In this document: in pieces, positions 9,856 to 22,900 of the stretch
How the letters are laid out: each line of letters starts with the position of its first letter
How positions within the stretch are numbered: the first letter of the stretch is position 1
Assembly (NCBI GenBank): GCA_965240325.2
Contig: OZ251226.1
Coordinates: 1,674,001 to 1,738,000, forward strand
Direction: 5' to 3'
Source: Rebecca billardiae RCC1528
Lineage: Eukaryota > Protista > Haptophyta
DNA length: 64,000 nt
Position numbers and translations under genes: made by a program
The notes under the pieces: model-generated
What the model was told of the DNA's origin: nothing
What the model saw: only the letters and a program-made list of their open reading frames with translations
The model's database searches: none

Positions 9856-12800
9856 ATGTTCATCTACCTGTCGAAGAAGGTGAGCCTGCGCGTGGCTCTC
9901 GCCGGTGCACGAGTGCACTGCATGGCGCCCGCTCGTGCCCTGCCGTGCGCCGCCGACTCGCCGATCCTGTGCGCCCGCGCGCGATACGCCGCGCTCGCCT
10001 CTTGCCCCCGCGCTCGGCGCAGATCGCGATCCCGAACAATGTGCGGCTCAAGTCGCTGTCGTGGAACGGCGAGCAGGGCTGGATCGCGTGCGGTGGCGAG
10101 AACGGCATGCTCAAGGTGCTCAAGCTCGACTCTGGGAAGCCCGCCGAGAAGCAGAAGGGCCTGGCGGCGCCGAGCAACCTCTCGATGAACCAGACGCTCG
10201 AGGGGCACAATGGCTCCGTGATGTGCGTCACGTGGAACGAGGGGTATCGGAAGCTCACCACCTCCGATCAGTACGGGCTGATCATCGTCTGGATGCTGCA
10301 CAAGGGCATGTGGTTCGAGGAGATGATCAACAACCGCAACATCTCGACCGTGCGCGACATGAAGTGGGCGCGCGACGGCCAGCGCATCTGCATCGCGTAC
10401 GAGGACGGTGCGTGCGCGGCTGCGCGGAGGCGTCCGGCGCCCCGCGGCGCGGAGGGCTCTTCGCCCGCGCCCGCGCACGCCGGCGCGCGCTGACCGCGCC
10501 ACACGCCGCGGCCCCGCCCGCTGCTCCGCGGCGCGCAGGCCACGTGATCGTCGGCTCGGTCGATGGCAACCGGCTGTGGGGCAAGGAGCTCAAGCTCGAG
10601 CTGTGCTTGCTCGAGTGGTCGCCGGACGGGCGCAACCTGCTCTTCGCCACGCTCGACCACAAGGTGCAGATCTACGACTCCGCCGGCAACTACATCGCCA
10701 AGATGGGCCTGCACACGGAGGACAAGGTCCCGATCGTCGGGCTGGAGTGGTGCGCGCGCGCCGCGCGCAGCCGGGGGCGTCCGTGCGCGCCGCCCTCGCG
10801 CTCGCGCACGCGTGCGCACGCGGCGCAGGGGGCGGGGCGCGGGCGGCACGGCGAGCACGCGGCGCGGCGCCTCGCGCCGCCGCGGGCGTCGGCGTCCGCA
10901 CGCCGACCGCGCCCCGCGCGATCTGGCGCGGCGGCGCTCGGCGCGCAGGTTCGACACTTCGGCGGGCGTGGACGAGCAGGGGCAGCCAGCGCTCGCCATC
11001 TGCTTCGCCAACGGGCTGCTGCAGCTGATGCGGCACGAGAGCGACGACCGGCCGGTGGTGGTGGACACGGGGATGGCGGCGGTCAAGCTGCAGTGGAACA
11101 CGAGCGGCACCGTCGTCGTCGTCGCGGGCAACCACGTCTCCGTCTCGAGCGCCAACGAGCGCCGCGAGGTGGCGATGATGCAGTTCTTCTCTCCACACGG
11201 CCACCACCTGCGCACGCTCAAGGTGCCGGGCTCGTCGGTGGCGGCGCTCTCGTTCGAGGGCACGTCGCTGCGCATCGCGCTGGCGGTCGACTCGTTCATC
11301 TACTTCGCCAACATCCGGCCCGACTACAAGTGGGGCTACTTCGGCTCGACCGTCGTGTGCGCGTACCCGAAGATGGACCGCGCGGACACGGCGGTTCTTT
11401 TCCTCGACACGCGCACGGGCGAGCGCGTCACCAAGTTCGTCAAGAAGCTGCTGCACGTGGCGGCGTGCTCGGACAACTGCGCGCTGGTGACGCAGTCGTC
11501 GGAGCAGGCCGCGCCGTACTACATCATCCTGTGCAACGCGCTCGGCTCGCCCGTCGACTCGAAGTACATCGACATCCAGCCGAAGGTGTCGACGCTGACC
11601 AACCACCACTTTGTCGCCGCGTCCGCCGAGCAGGTGTACGTGTGGCAGTACCGCACGCTCACCGCCAAGCTCACGTCGGTCTCGGCGGCGGGCTCGTCGC
11701 TGCGGCGGAAGGAGGGGCGCGAGCAGGCGTTCCACATCGACGACCTCGCCTCCGCCGCCGGGCTGGGCGAGCAGCCCCTCGGCGCGGTCGACAAGGACCT
11801 CGCGCGGCTGCCGTCGCAGCGCAAGACGACGGACCCAATCATCGCGCTGTGCGCGACCGAGCGCGCGCTCTTCATCGCGCGCGAGTCGGGCGTGCTGCTC
11901 AAGTGCTCGCTGCCGCACGTGGCGCTGGAGCAGACGTACCGGCTGCGCGCGCGGCCGCAGCGCATGGCCGTGAACTGCAACGCCACGCGCCTCGCCTTCA
12001 TCGACTCGAACGGCGTGCTCGGTCTGTTCTCGCTCGAGCGCGCGACCGACGGCTCGGACGGCTGGGGCGAGCACCTGCCGTTCGAGCGCAAGGACGCGTG
12101 GGACTTCAAGTGGTCGTCGGACAACCCGGAGCTGTTCGCGATGATGGAGAAGACGCGGATGTACATCTTCCGCGGCCTCGAGCCCGAGGAGCCCGTCCTC
12201 TCCTCCGCGTACCTGTGCGACTTCTCCGACCTCGAGATCACGGCCGTGCTTCTGGACGAGCTGGTGAACGAGCCGGAGGCGCTGAGCAAAGAGCTGGTGC
12301 TGCGCTTCGACACCAAGTCGCTGCGCGACACGCGCGAGCTGCTGGCGAAGGTGAGCGTGAACGAGGCGTACTCGTTCGTGGAGGACAACCCGCACCCGCG
12401 GCTCTGGCGGCTGCTCGCCGAGTCCGCGCTGCGCTCGCGCGACTTTGCGGTCGCGGACAAGGCGTTCGTGCGCTGCGCTGACTACACGGGCATCCAGTTT
12501 GTGAAGCGGCTCAAGCTGCTCGACGACGAGCGCATGCAGGACGCGGAGGTGCACGCGTTCTACGGCCGCTTCGAGGAGGCGGAGAAGATCTACCTCGAGA
12601 TGGACCGGCGCGACCTCGCGCTCGACCTGCGCTCACGCCTCGGCGACTGGTTCCGCGTCGTGCAGCTCATCCAGCAGGGCGGCGCGGGCGACGACTCGAT
12701 GCTCACCAACGCTTGGGACTCGATCGGCGACTACTACGCCGAGCGGCTGCGCCCGGCGAAGGCGGCGCAGAACTACGCGCAGTCGAAGAACGCGAAGGGG

Positions 12801-14219
12801 CTGGTGTCGTGCTACTACGCGCTCGAGGACTACGTCGGCCTCGAGAAGCTCATCCACGCGCTGCCCGACTCGTCGCCGCTGCTGCGCGAGATCGGCGACA
12901 AGTTCGTCACGGTCGGGCTCGCCGAGCAGGCGACGAGCGCGTACACTAAGCTGGGCGATGTGCAGGCGGCCGTCAAGGCGTGCACCGAGCTGAACCAGTG
13001 GTCGACGGCCGTGGCGCTGGCGGAGCAGCACCAGCTGCCCGAGATCGAGAAGGTGCTCACGCAGTACGCGCGACACCTCCTCGACGAGAAGAAGATCATG
13101 ACCGCCGTCGAGCTGTACCGGAAGGCGGGCCACTCGACCGAGGCGGCGAAGCTGCTCACCGGGCTCGCGCGTGACTCGGCGGCCGCGCACGCGCCGCCGC
13201 TGCGGATCAAGAAGCTGTACGTGCTCGCCGCGCTGCAGGTGGAGCAGTTCCGCAAGAAGGCGCTGGACTCGACGATGACGGGCGGGCAGCACACCACCGC
13301 GCAGACGCTCGCCGGCCTCATGAAGGACGACGCGACGACGGGCGCGGACCGCTCGCTCGACTCTGCGTGGCGCGGCGCGGAGGTGCGCCGCGCGCACCGC
13401 GCGCGTGCGCGTCGGCGCGCACGCGCGCGGCGGCTCAGCGCGCCTCCGGACGTCCACCCGCGCCGCCCGCCCTCGCGCAGGCGTACCACTTCCTCTGCCT
13501 CGCGCAGCGCCAGCTGTACGACGGGTACGTCGACGCGGCGATGCGCACCGCGCTGCGGCTGCGCGAGTACGAGGCGGTGCTGGACGCGCAGGAGATCTAC
13601 TCGCTGATCGCGCTCACTGCCTTCTACGCCAAGTTTTACGGGCAGGTGTCGCGCGCGCTGATCAAGCTCGAGGCGCTCGAGCTGCCGCCGGAGCAGCACG
13701 AGGCGTTCGAGCAGCTCGCGCTCTCGATCTTCACGCGCTTCTCGCCCACCGACCCGAGCGTGCGCCGATACGCATGCCCCAGCTGCGACGCGGTGGTGAA
13801 CGACTGGTGCGCGCGCGTGCGTGCGCGCGAGCGTGCGCGCGAGCGTGCGGTGCGTGGGCGTGCGCGCGCATGCGCGCGCGCGCGTGGACCGTGTGCTCAC
13901 GTGCGCTCGCGCGGCGCGGCACGCACGCCGGCGCAGGTTCGCGAGCTGTGGCGAGTGCGGCACGCACTTCCCGGCGTGCATCGTGACCGGCCGCGCGCTC
14001 CTCGAGACGCGCAGCTACTGGATGTGCCGCGTGTGCAAGCATCGCGCATACGAGAACGAGATGCAAGACAGGCGCCACTGCCCGCTCTGCCACCACGGTA
14101 TCGGCGCGCGCGGCGGCGTCGCGGGCGCGTCAGAATCGTCGATGCAGCCCGTGGCCGGCGGAGCAGCCGCAGCGGCAGCGGCTCCGCGCCGACGCAGCAA
14201 CGACATGGGGTCCTACTGA
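9856..14219 (+). CDS. WDR35: WD repeat-containing protein 35 / IFT121 (IFT-A); 6 exons 9856-9879, 10023-10407, 10539-10749, 10949-13382, 13481-13806, 13937-14219
   Basis: [112 protein letters not shown]-terminal Zn finger [14 protein letters not shown]; five GT-AG introns restore frame. Confidence 0.95.
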
Positions 14220-15631
14220 CAACTCTGACGCAGATCCCGTGGCCGCGCGGGGGTTTCGGGCGCGTGGCCATCTGCGAGTCGTCTCCGGGCATATACGCGC
14301 GTAGATGGCTGGCTAGTAGGCCAGTGCTGGCACTATGATACTGCCATGCCCAATTGGCAAGAGCGTCCGAGCGTCGCAGTAGGTCGGCCGACCCACCGCC
14401 ATCGCTCTCCCAGCACCGGTTCAGCGCTCTTATCAGAAACCCAAACTGAAATGAAAACCGAGCCGGCTCAAGATGTGCTTGATCAACGACGGAGCTACCA
14501 ACGCAGGTGCTCAAGTTCGTTATGGACGCGTGTTTCCGCAGCTTTTCCCGCAGCGTTTGGAGTCAACTTCTCCCGCCGAGCCATTGCTCTACTCACTCGG
14601 CCGTTTGCTGCACGCCCATTGGTGGAACCGCTTGCAACCGCCGCTCTCCGCGGGCCGCGGCCGCCGGCCGGTTGATCACAGCGCGCCGCCGGCAAGCGAC
14701 TCGATCTGTCTCACGCCCGCGACCGTCGACGTTCGCGCGAAGTCCATGGCGGCGACGAACCACCTGGCGCTCCTGGCTCTTCTCTTGGCACTCGCGGCTG
14801 CGGATGCTGGTACAACTACATGCTCGCCGACGAGCGCAGGTCCCATCGGTGCGCAGCTTGCGTCTCATCCGCGCAGCGCTCGCAGCACAACCCACTCCTG
14901 ACTCATCCGCGCTCTACGCGCCCACCACCGTGCGCTCCCCCAGGGGTGCTCAAACGCGCGTGGTGCATCGCCTCAGGACAGCCATACGCCTGGATCTAGG
15001 CCGTCACCTTGCTCGCTCATCACGCCTGCGCGTCCTGTCACGCCTGGAAACAAAAAGAGAAGCAGTCATCGATCTGGCGTCTACTGGCCTATGCTGGTCG
15101 CCGCCGCCTCTGACTTCCCCGCATCTCCAACGAGATAGCACTACCGGATGACCAGCTTTGCGTATCTGTGCGTCCGCTGGATACATTGGATGCAGGCCAC
15201 ACCATCGCGCACTGCCGGACTTGTGCAAATTAGGGGTCGACGCTGTAAGCCGTAGCGTCAGGCGTAAGCCGCACGGTGACGTGCACGGAAAATTACTGCC
15301 GAAGCGGCTGACCCGTAAATCATCACGGGGTAAGTGTATAAAGTTCTCAGATCATGATGAGGATAATCAGCAGACTAGATGATAGAGTCTCAGATGCACA
15401 ACGGTGTCGGCGCCCGACGACCCCGGCCGCCCCGGGGGCCGGGCGGCCCAGGCGCCTGGCGGCGCCTGGCCGTGCTTCCGGCTCGTCGGTGACGGTGGAC
15501 GACGAAGGCGCGCTGCCAGCTACGCGCGCCGGGGGCCCCCCTATATCGGCCGCGGCGAATGGCCGATGATTGACAGCAGACGAAGTAGACCGACGAGGTC
15601 GATGATACACCCGCGGCGAGAAAGACCGTCG

Positions 15632-16642
15632 TCACCTGCCTGAGCCGATCGGCTCGGGTGCCATGTCCACCGCGCCCTCCCCGAGGAACTCCGAGCTGGG
15701 CGGGAAGTAGAAGCTGACCATTGCGCGTGACGGGTTGATCCGGACCAGCGCGGCGCACACCGCCAAGGCGACGACGAGGCCGATCGGGTAAACCAGGTAC
15801 TCCGTGTGCCGAAGGAAGGGGAGCGCTGCGGGTCGTGGGAGAGAGGGCCGCGTGTGAGGCGCGCGCTGCGATACCTCGGCGCAGCGCGGCGCAGCGCTGC
15901 GCGCACCGTTGTACCCGAGGAACGTGACGTAGCAGTAGTGCGACAGAGCGGTCGCCCACAGCGCGCACGAGAGCGTGCTGGGGAGGAAGCCCCGGCGCAG
16001 GAGGAGAGGGAGCGCGGCGTACTGCGCGACGTGGATGAGCAGAAAGAAGGGGAAGTACGCGTTGCAGTGGATGTCAAAGGCGTAGGCGAACTCCACGAGC
16101 TGGTCGGCACCATCCATTTCTTGCCCCGGGTAGCCGCCGCCACTCGACGCGAGCGCTCGGCCGTTGGCGACCACCCTGCCCACCCGTCCGAAGGCGCGCG
16201 CGCGCGCGCGCCCGCGTCAATCATCATCAGCGCGCGCCACGCGCCGCGCGCTGCACCGCGCCGAGGCGCGCGCGGGAGCGCACCAGCCGAGGCCGGCGAT
16301 GGCGAGGCCGACGAGCACAAAATCGACTAGCACGGTGTACGCGACATTCAGGAGCCAGCCGCCGAGGCTGATCGGACCGAACGCGATCGTCCACGAGGTG
16401 ATGCTCGTGGCGAGCAACGCCGACATGACGACGACGAACCCCGGGTCATCTCGTGCCCACTGGTGCTTTGTGCGGCTGTGGTACTCGGCGTTCCGGTACG
16501 CGCGGCGCGGGTCGACGCACAGGCACAGCATCGTGTAGAAGGTGTACTCGAAGTCGCACTGCTCGCGGAAGTTGATGAGGCGATGCATGTACTCGCGCAG
16601 CCCGGGCGTGTCGACACGGACCGACGTCAGCGGCAATGCCAT
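15632..16642 (-). CDS. UNC50: UNC-50/GMH1 family Golgi membrane protein; exons 16642-16284, 16175-15907, 15825-15632
   Basis: DFEYTFYTM, TKHQWARDDPGF, VEFAYAFDIHCNAYFP, YVTFLGY/ALPFL; two GT-AG introns. Confidence 0.9.
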
Positions 16643-16999
16643 CGTGCCGTTTTCTGTCGACGCGTTCAATCCCAACACAAACACGATGGCGGCTTCGGCC
16701 GGCCAACCTTCCGTCAAGATTCGGCGAGTCGACGGTTGATACACATAGTACTTTTTCATAAAGTACCCCCATACAATACTTTACCCGTCGTCAGCATTCA
16801 TACTTTACCATCACATTGTCTATGGGGGTAAGTGGTCGTACATCTGCGTCGGCCGAGGAAGCCGCTTTTCGATTTTCGATAACAGCAGCTGCCTCTAAAT
16901 AATGAACCGTGCCGGTGGGGAGCCTGGCCAAGCCCCGACGGGCGCGGGCTCGCGGTAGGTAGCTAGACCACGTCAACCGCTGCCACCACCCTCGCGCGC

Positions 17000-19900
17000 A
17001 TGGATGAGCACGAGCGGAGGGCGCTGCCGCGACGACGATGGGCGCGCCACTGCGCGCTCGCGCTGCTGCTCGCGGCGCGCCTCGCGCCGTGCGCCGCGGG
17101 CGCCTCGGACTGGGTCGATCCCGACACGCCCGAGGACAAGCGCTCCAGGGTGATTGACGGGGTGAAGTACGAGCTCGTCATGTCTGACGAGTTCGAGGTG
17201 GCGGGGCGCACGTTCGACGACGGGCACGACTCGATCTGGACGGCGATCGTGGGCTCGCCCACCACCAACGAGCAGGTGAACGACTACAACCCGGCGAACG
17301 TGTACACGGAGGGCGGCAAGCTCGTGATCGAGACGACGGTGGAGGCGCTCGGCTCGACGGCTCCTCGGCCGTACCAGACGGCGATGATCCAGAGCTGGGA
17401 CAAGTTCTGCTTCACCGAGGGCTTCGTCGAGGTCTCCGCCCAGCTGCCGGGCCGCTCGACGCAGGAGGGGCTGTGGCCGGCCTTCTGGATGTTTGGCAAC
17501 CTCGGGCGCGCCGCGTATCCCGACACGACGAACCGGCTTTGGCCGTTCATTACGGACAGCTGCCCGGCGCCGGAGCACGCGCGCGCCAACCAGAAGGGCA
17601 CGTGGGAGCTCGACAGCTGCGACGGCCAGCAGGCGCGCGGCGCGCCCGAGATCGACATCATCGAGGCGATGCCCGGCACGTACGTGTACGACTTTGCCGA
17701 CAAGGTCCGGTCGGGCGCGTGCCCGCCGGTCGAGCAGTCGTGGATCGATCGCACGCGCGTGTCGCTGCCGATGGTGGCGCAGTCGCTGCAGGCGGCGCCC
17801 GGGCTGCCGCACGACGCGGTCGAGCGGCCGATCCTCGGCTGCATGCCCAACGCGGACGGCCGCCGCGAGCACTCCTACTACCCGGAGCTGTGGCCGACCG
17901 CCCAGAACTACGGCCCGATCTACGCCGACGGAATCAACATCACGCTCAACTACGAGTTCTACGGCGATGCTTTCAGCAGCCCCGCGGCGGCGCAGCCGAA
18001 CGGCGAGCCGATGCACACGGACGCCTTCTCGGCGCTGTACAGCCTCCAGTCCACCCACTGGGACGCGCAGCACGCGTACCAGTGCGAGTGGGTCGGCGGC
18101 GATCAGGGGCGCGTGCGCTTCTCGATCGACGACGAGTTTCGGTTCAACGTGCCCGCGAGCGTCGTCGCGGCGGAGCGGCGCGTCACGTTCGCCGACGCCG
18201 AGGGCGAGCAGATCATGGACGGGCGGAAGATCCCCGACGAGCCGATGTACCTCATCCTCAACGTCGACCTCTCCCCCAAGTGGGGCTGGAACTTCTGCGA
18301 CCCGGACGAGTGCGACTGCTGCACCGACTGCCGCCGCACCGAGTGCACGACGTGCATGCAGCGCGACGCGGCGTCGGGCGAGCTCGTGAACACGCGGCAG
18401 TGGCTCGCCGAGCTGTGCGAGATGCTGCCCTCCAAGTACGAGGTGGAGTACGTGCGCGTGTACCAGCGCGAGGGCGCGACCAACCTCGGGTGCGACACGG
18501 CGGAGCGGCCGACCACCGAGTACATCCGCTCGAGGCGCGAGCGGTACACGGACGACGGCACGGCGGACGCGGAGCCGCTGCAGCCGGTGCGGCCGGGCGG
18601 CGCGCCGTGCGGCGAGGGGGCGGGCAGGTGCAGCCCGCACGGCCGCTGCGTCGACGGCTCGGCCGGGCCGGACGGCGGCCTGCCGCCGCGCGCGCGCTGC
18701 GTGTGCGACGAGGGCTGGACGGGCCCGCGCTGCCGCTCGCGCGCGCTCGGCGCGGCGCGCACGTGCGCTCAGCTCTCGGCGGGATCGATGGATCTGCCGC
18801 CGCCGCTCGGCGGAGCGCTCTCGGCCAACGGCACCGGCGACGGCGGCGACGGCGCGGAGGCGTCCGCGGCGTGGTCGGCGGAGGCCGTGCGCGCGCAGGT
18901 GGAGGCGGACACCCAGTGCGTCGTGCTCGCCGAGCACGGCGTGCTCCAGGTCGAGAGCGTGCTGTCGCAGCTGTGCGCGCGCGCGAACGGCACCGCCGCG
19001 GAGGCAGCGTGCGCGAGCGTGCTGCGCGCGCGCGGCGAGTTTTGGGCGTGCTCGGTGCGCCAGCGGGCGAACCACGTGCTCCGCGTCTGGGCGGAGGAGG
19101 TGAGCGGCGGGACGGAGTGCTGCCACCTGCTGCTCGCCGACGGCTCGCTGCGCTGCCGCACGATCGGCCCGCCGCCGTGGCCGCTGCTCGCCGCCGCGTG
19201 CGCGCTCGCACTGTGCGCGCTCGCGTGCATTGGGCCGTTTGCTCTGAAGCGCGCGCGCGCCGCCGCCGCCGCGCGCCGCGCGCGCAAGGCGGCGCCGCCG
19301 CGCCGCTCCTCGTCTCGCGGCGCGAGGCGGGGGTCGACGCTCGGCCGGCGATTCTCCGCCACGCAGCGGCTGCGCGCCGTCGTCGCGCCCGCCATCACGC
19401 TGATCAGCGAGGAGGACGAGCAGGAGGAGGCGCACGGCGCGCACGGCTCGGCCGGCGGCGGCGGCGTCGGCGGCGGCGGCGGCGACGACTCGCGCGACTC
19501 TCGGTCAAGCGGCGCGAGCAGCGGCGGCGCGGCGGACGGCGCCGCCGCGCGCGCGCAGCTCGTGTCCGAGTCGGCGTGCCTCGCCGTCGCGCCGCGCGCC
19601 TCGATCTCCAACGCGGGCGTGCAGCTGCTGCTCGAGCTGTTCGAGCACTATGCGCGCGTGTTTGGTTTTCAGACCGCGTCGGTGCAGGCGCAGTATTTCC
19701 ACCTGCTGCAGCTGTGGGCGGCGCAGACGGCGGCGCTGGGCGACGAGCGCGCGGCGGCGGCGATGCTGCACAGCATCATGTTCGCCTCGTTCGAGCGCTG
19801 GCTCGAGGTCGCGTCCGGACTCCTCTCCTTCGAGCGGCTCGCCGGGCGGCAGGACACGATGATGCGCGGCAAGCCGTCGCACGCGCAGCGGCTGCACGAG

Positions 19901-22900
19901 ATGGCGCTCTACCTCTGCCTGTGGAGCGAGGCGGGGAACGTGCGCTTCGTGCCCGAGGCGCTGTGCTTCTTCTTCGAGTGCGCGCGCAACCACGCCGCGG
20001 ACAAGCCCGCGCCCGCCTCGACGCCGGGCGATCGGCTCAACTGGGCGGCCGAGGACAGCAGCGCGGCCGCCATTTCCGCGCCCGCGCCGCTCGCCCGGGC
20101 CGAGCCTGGCGCCTCCGGCGCGCCGAGTCCGCCGCCGCTCGTCTCCGAGGGCGACTACCTGCGGCGGTACGTGCAGCCGCTGTACGACTTCATCTTCTCG
20201 CGCTCGTTCAAGGGCCTCGACGCGCGCGGCCGGCCGGCGGAGCACCCGTGGGGCAAGGCGGAGAGCAAGGCGGGCACGCGGGAGAACTACGACGATTGGA
20301 ACGAGGTCTTCTGGACGCCCACGCACGTCGGCCGGATCGTGACGAAGGAGGGGCGGCGGATCCTCGACCTGCCGATGCGCGAGCGCTGGTCCGCGCTCGC
20401 GGCCGTGGATTGGGAGGCCTCGATGAAGGGGTGCAAGCGCCACTTCGAGCGGCTGGCGTGGTACGGCCTGTTCGTCTCGTACGCGCGAATCTTCTCATTC
20501 CACGGTGAGAAGGAGCGCCGCCGCGTTTCGCGCGCGCGTCGACGCGTCGACTGGCACGCGGCCGCGCGCGCGCGCGCGCAGCCGCGCGCGCTCGGCCCCT
20601 GCGCGCGCACCCGCGCTCACGCGCCCGTGCGCCGCGCTGCGCCTCCGACGCGCCTCCGCCCTCGCCCCTGGCAGCCGCGCTCTTCGCGCTCTCGCTCTTC
20701 GCGCTGCACTGGCTCGGGCTGTGGCACGGCGAGATCGGCGCGGCAAACGTGGGCACGCGCGGGCCGACGACCGAGCTCGGCCTGCACGCGACGCTGCTGC
20801 TGCCCGCCGCGGTGCAGCTCGCCGCGGACCTGGCGAAGCTGGGCGTGAAGCCGCGCGCGACGTTCGTCGGGACCCTCCTCGAGCCGGAGAAGTCGGCGCC
20901 GCTGCTGCTACAGCTCGCTCTTTTTGGCCTCGCGGCGTGGCTGCGCGAAAGCCTTGCGCTGCGCTGGCTGTACCTCGTCGTCTCGACGGTCGTCGCGGCG
21001 CGCGCCGCGGTCGGCGTGCGCCATCTCGTGCGCAAGATGCCGCACTTCGACTCGCACGTGCGCCGCGCGGGCGTCGAGACCGCGCGCCAGATGGCGATCT
21101 TCTGGGGCGTCGTGCTCGGCACCAAGCTCGCAGCCGAGACGCTTGTGAGCAACCGCGCGGGCGCGATCGCGTCGGCTCGGCTGGACGCGCTCTTCCCGCT
21201 CTGGCCGCTGATGGAGGAGCCCGCGCTCGCGTGGCACCTGCGCGCCTCGCCCATCTTCGCGCTGCGCGCGGTGCACGGCGCACTCGTCTGGGGCTGCACG
21301 ATCGGCGCGCACTACACTTCCACGTACTATTGGTACGTGCTCGGCGTGGCGGTGTACGGCACGGTGCGCGGGCTGCTGCTGCTGCGCGGCGAGTCGCAGG
21401 CGGGCGGCCACTCGGCTTATCACGGCCGCGGCTCCAGGCTCGGCGCCGGCGGCGACGAGATCGGGTACGCGGAGGTGTCGACGGACGAGGCGAAGCCGAG
21501 CGCCGTCGCGGCCGCCGCCACCGCCGACGCCGCCGACGCCGACGCCGACAACGAGCCCGACGTGCCGCGCGTGCGCGCGCTGTGCGACATCCCCGCAGCG
21601 TTTGTCGCGCAGGTGTTTGCGAGCGACTCGGTCGAGCAGCGCGCGGTGCGGCTCGGCCTCCCGCCGCCCGTCGGCGCGACCGCCGGCGCGGACGGGGGCG
21701 CGGCGGCGGAGCTCGGCGCAGCGCGCGCCGCCGCGCGGCCGGCGGCGCGGCTCGAGCCCGCGCCCGCGCCCCGCCTGCCCCTTGGCCGCGAGCGCGCACA
21801 GGCGAGCGCGCGGCTGCCGCCGGGCGTCGAGCGGCGCTGGGCGCACGTGTGGCACGAGATCTGCCTCGACATGCACAACAACGACCTGATCTCGAGCGCG
21901 GAGCTGGCGAAGCTCAAGTACGGCGGCGTCGAGCACGAGGAGGCCGAGCTCGTGCCGCCGGCCATCTTCCGAGCCGCGCCGCGCCGCGAGGCGGACGTGC
22001 TGCCGCGCTCCAGGGAGGCGCAGCGACGGATCCAGACGCTGCGCCAGTCGCTCTGCATGAAGATGCCGCGCCCCGCCGCCGTCGAGGCGCTTCCTTCCTT
22101 CACCGTGCTCATCCCGCACTACGGCGAGACGATCGTCACCTCGGAGAAGGAGCTGCTCGAGCCGCCGGCCGGCGGCAACGGCGAGACCACCGGCCCGCTG
22201 ATCTCGATGCTGATGGAGTACTCGACAGACGAGCTGAACAACATGCGCGCGCGCATCGGCGAGCAGGAGTGGCGGCTCACGTGGGCGATCATCACCGAGC
22301 GGCTCGCGAGCAAGGGGCAGAAGGCCGCGGCGAAGCAGGTCGCCGGCCTCGCCGCGGTCGCGCGCCGCCAGCTGCGCGGCCTTCAGAAGGAGCTGCACAA
22401 GCGAAGCTCGGGGCACCGGCGCGCCACCGCCGGCACGTCGGCCACCAGCGCCGCGGCGGAGAGTCGCGACGCCTCTGCTGAGCTGGCCGAGCCCGCCGCG
22501 CCGACGATCCGCGCGTCGACGGCCGCGCGCGTCGCGGAGGCGCTCGGGGGCGCCGCGCAGGCGATGGAGGCGACGGGCGAGGAGGAGGACGACGAGCAGA
22601 GCGACGCGGGCAGCTCGATCCACTGGTCGGACGAGGACGAGGGCGAGGGCGAGGCGTCGTTGGACGAGGAGCTCTGGGACGGGCTGCTCGACGACTCCGA
22701 CCCGGAGGAGGGCGGCGGCGCCGGCGGCGCCAACGCCGGGCTCTCGCAGGTGCTCGTGCCGCTGCGCAAGTGGGCGTCGATGCGCTCGCAGTCGCTGTAC
22801 CGCACGGTGCGCGGCATGATGGCGTACAGCCGCGCGCTCGACGTGCTGCTGCGCGTGCAGCGACCCGACCTCTCGGCGGAGGCGCGCGAGGAGCTGGTCG

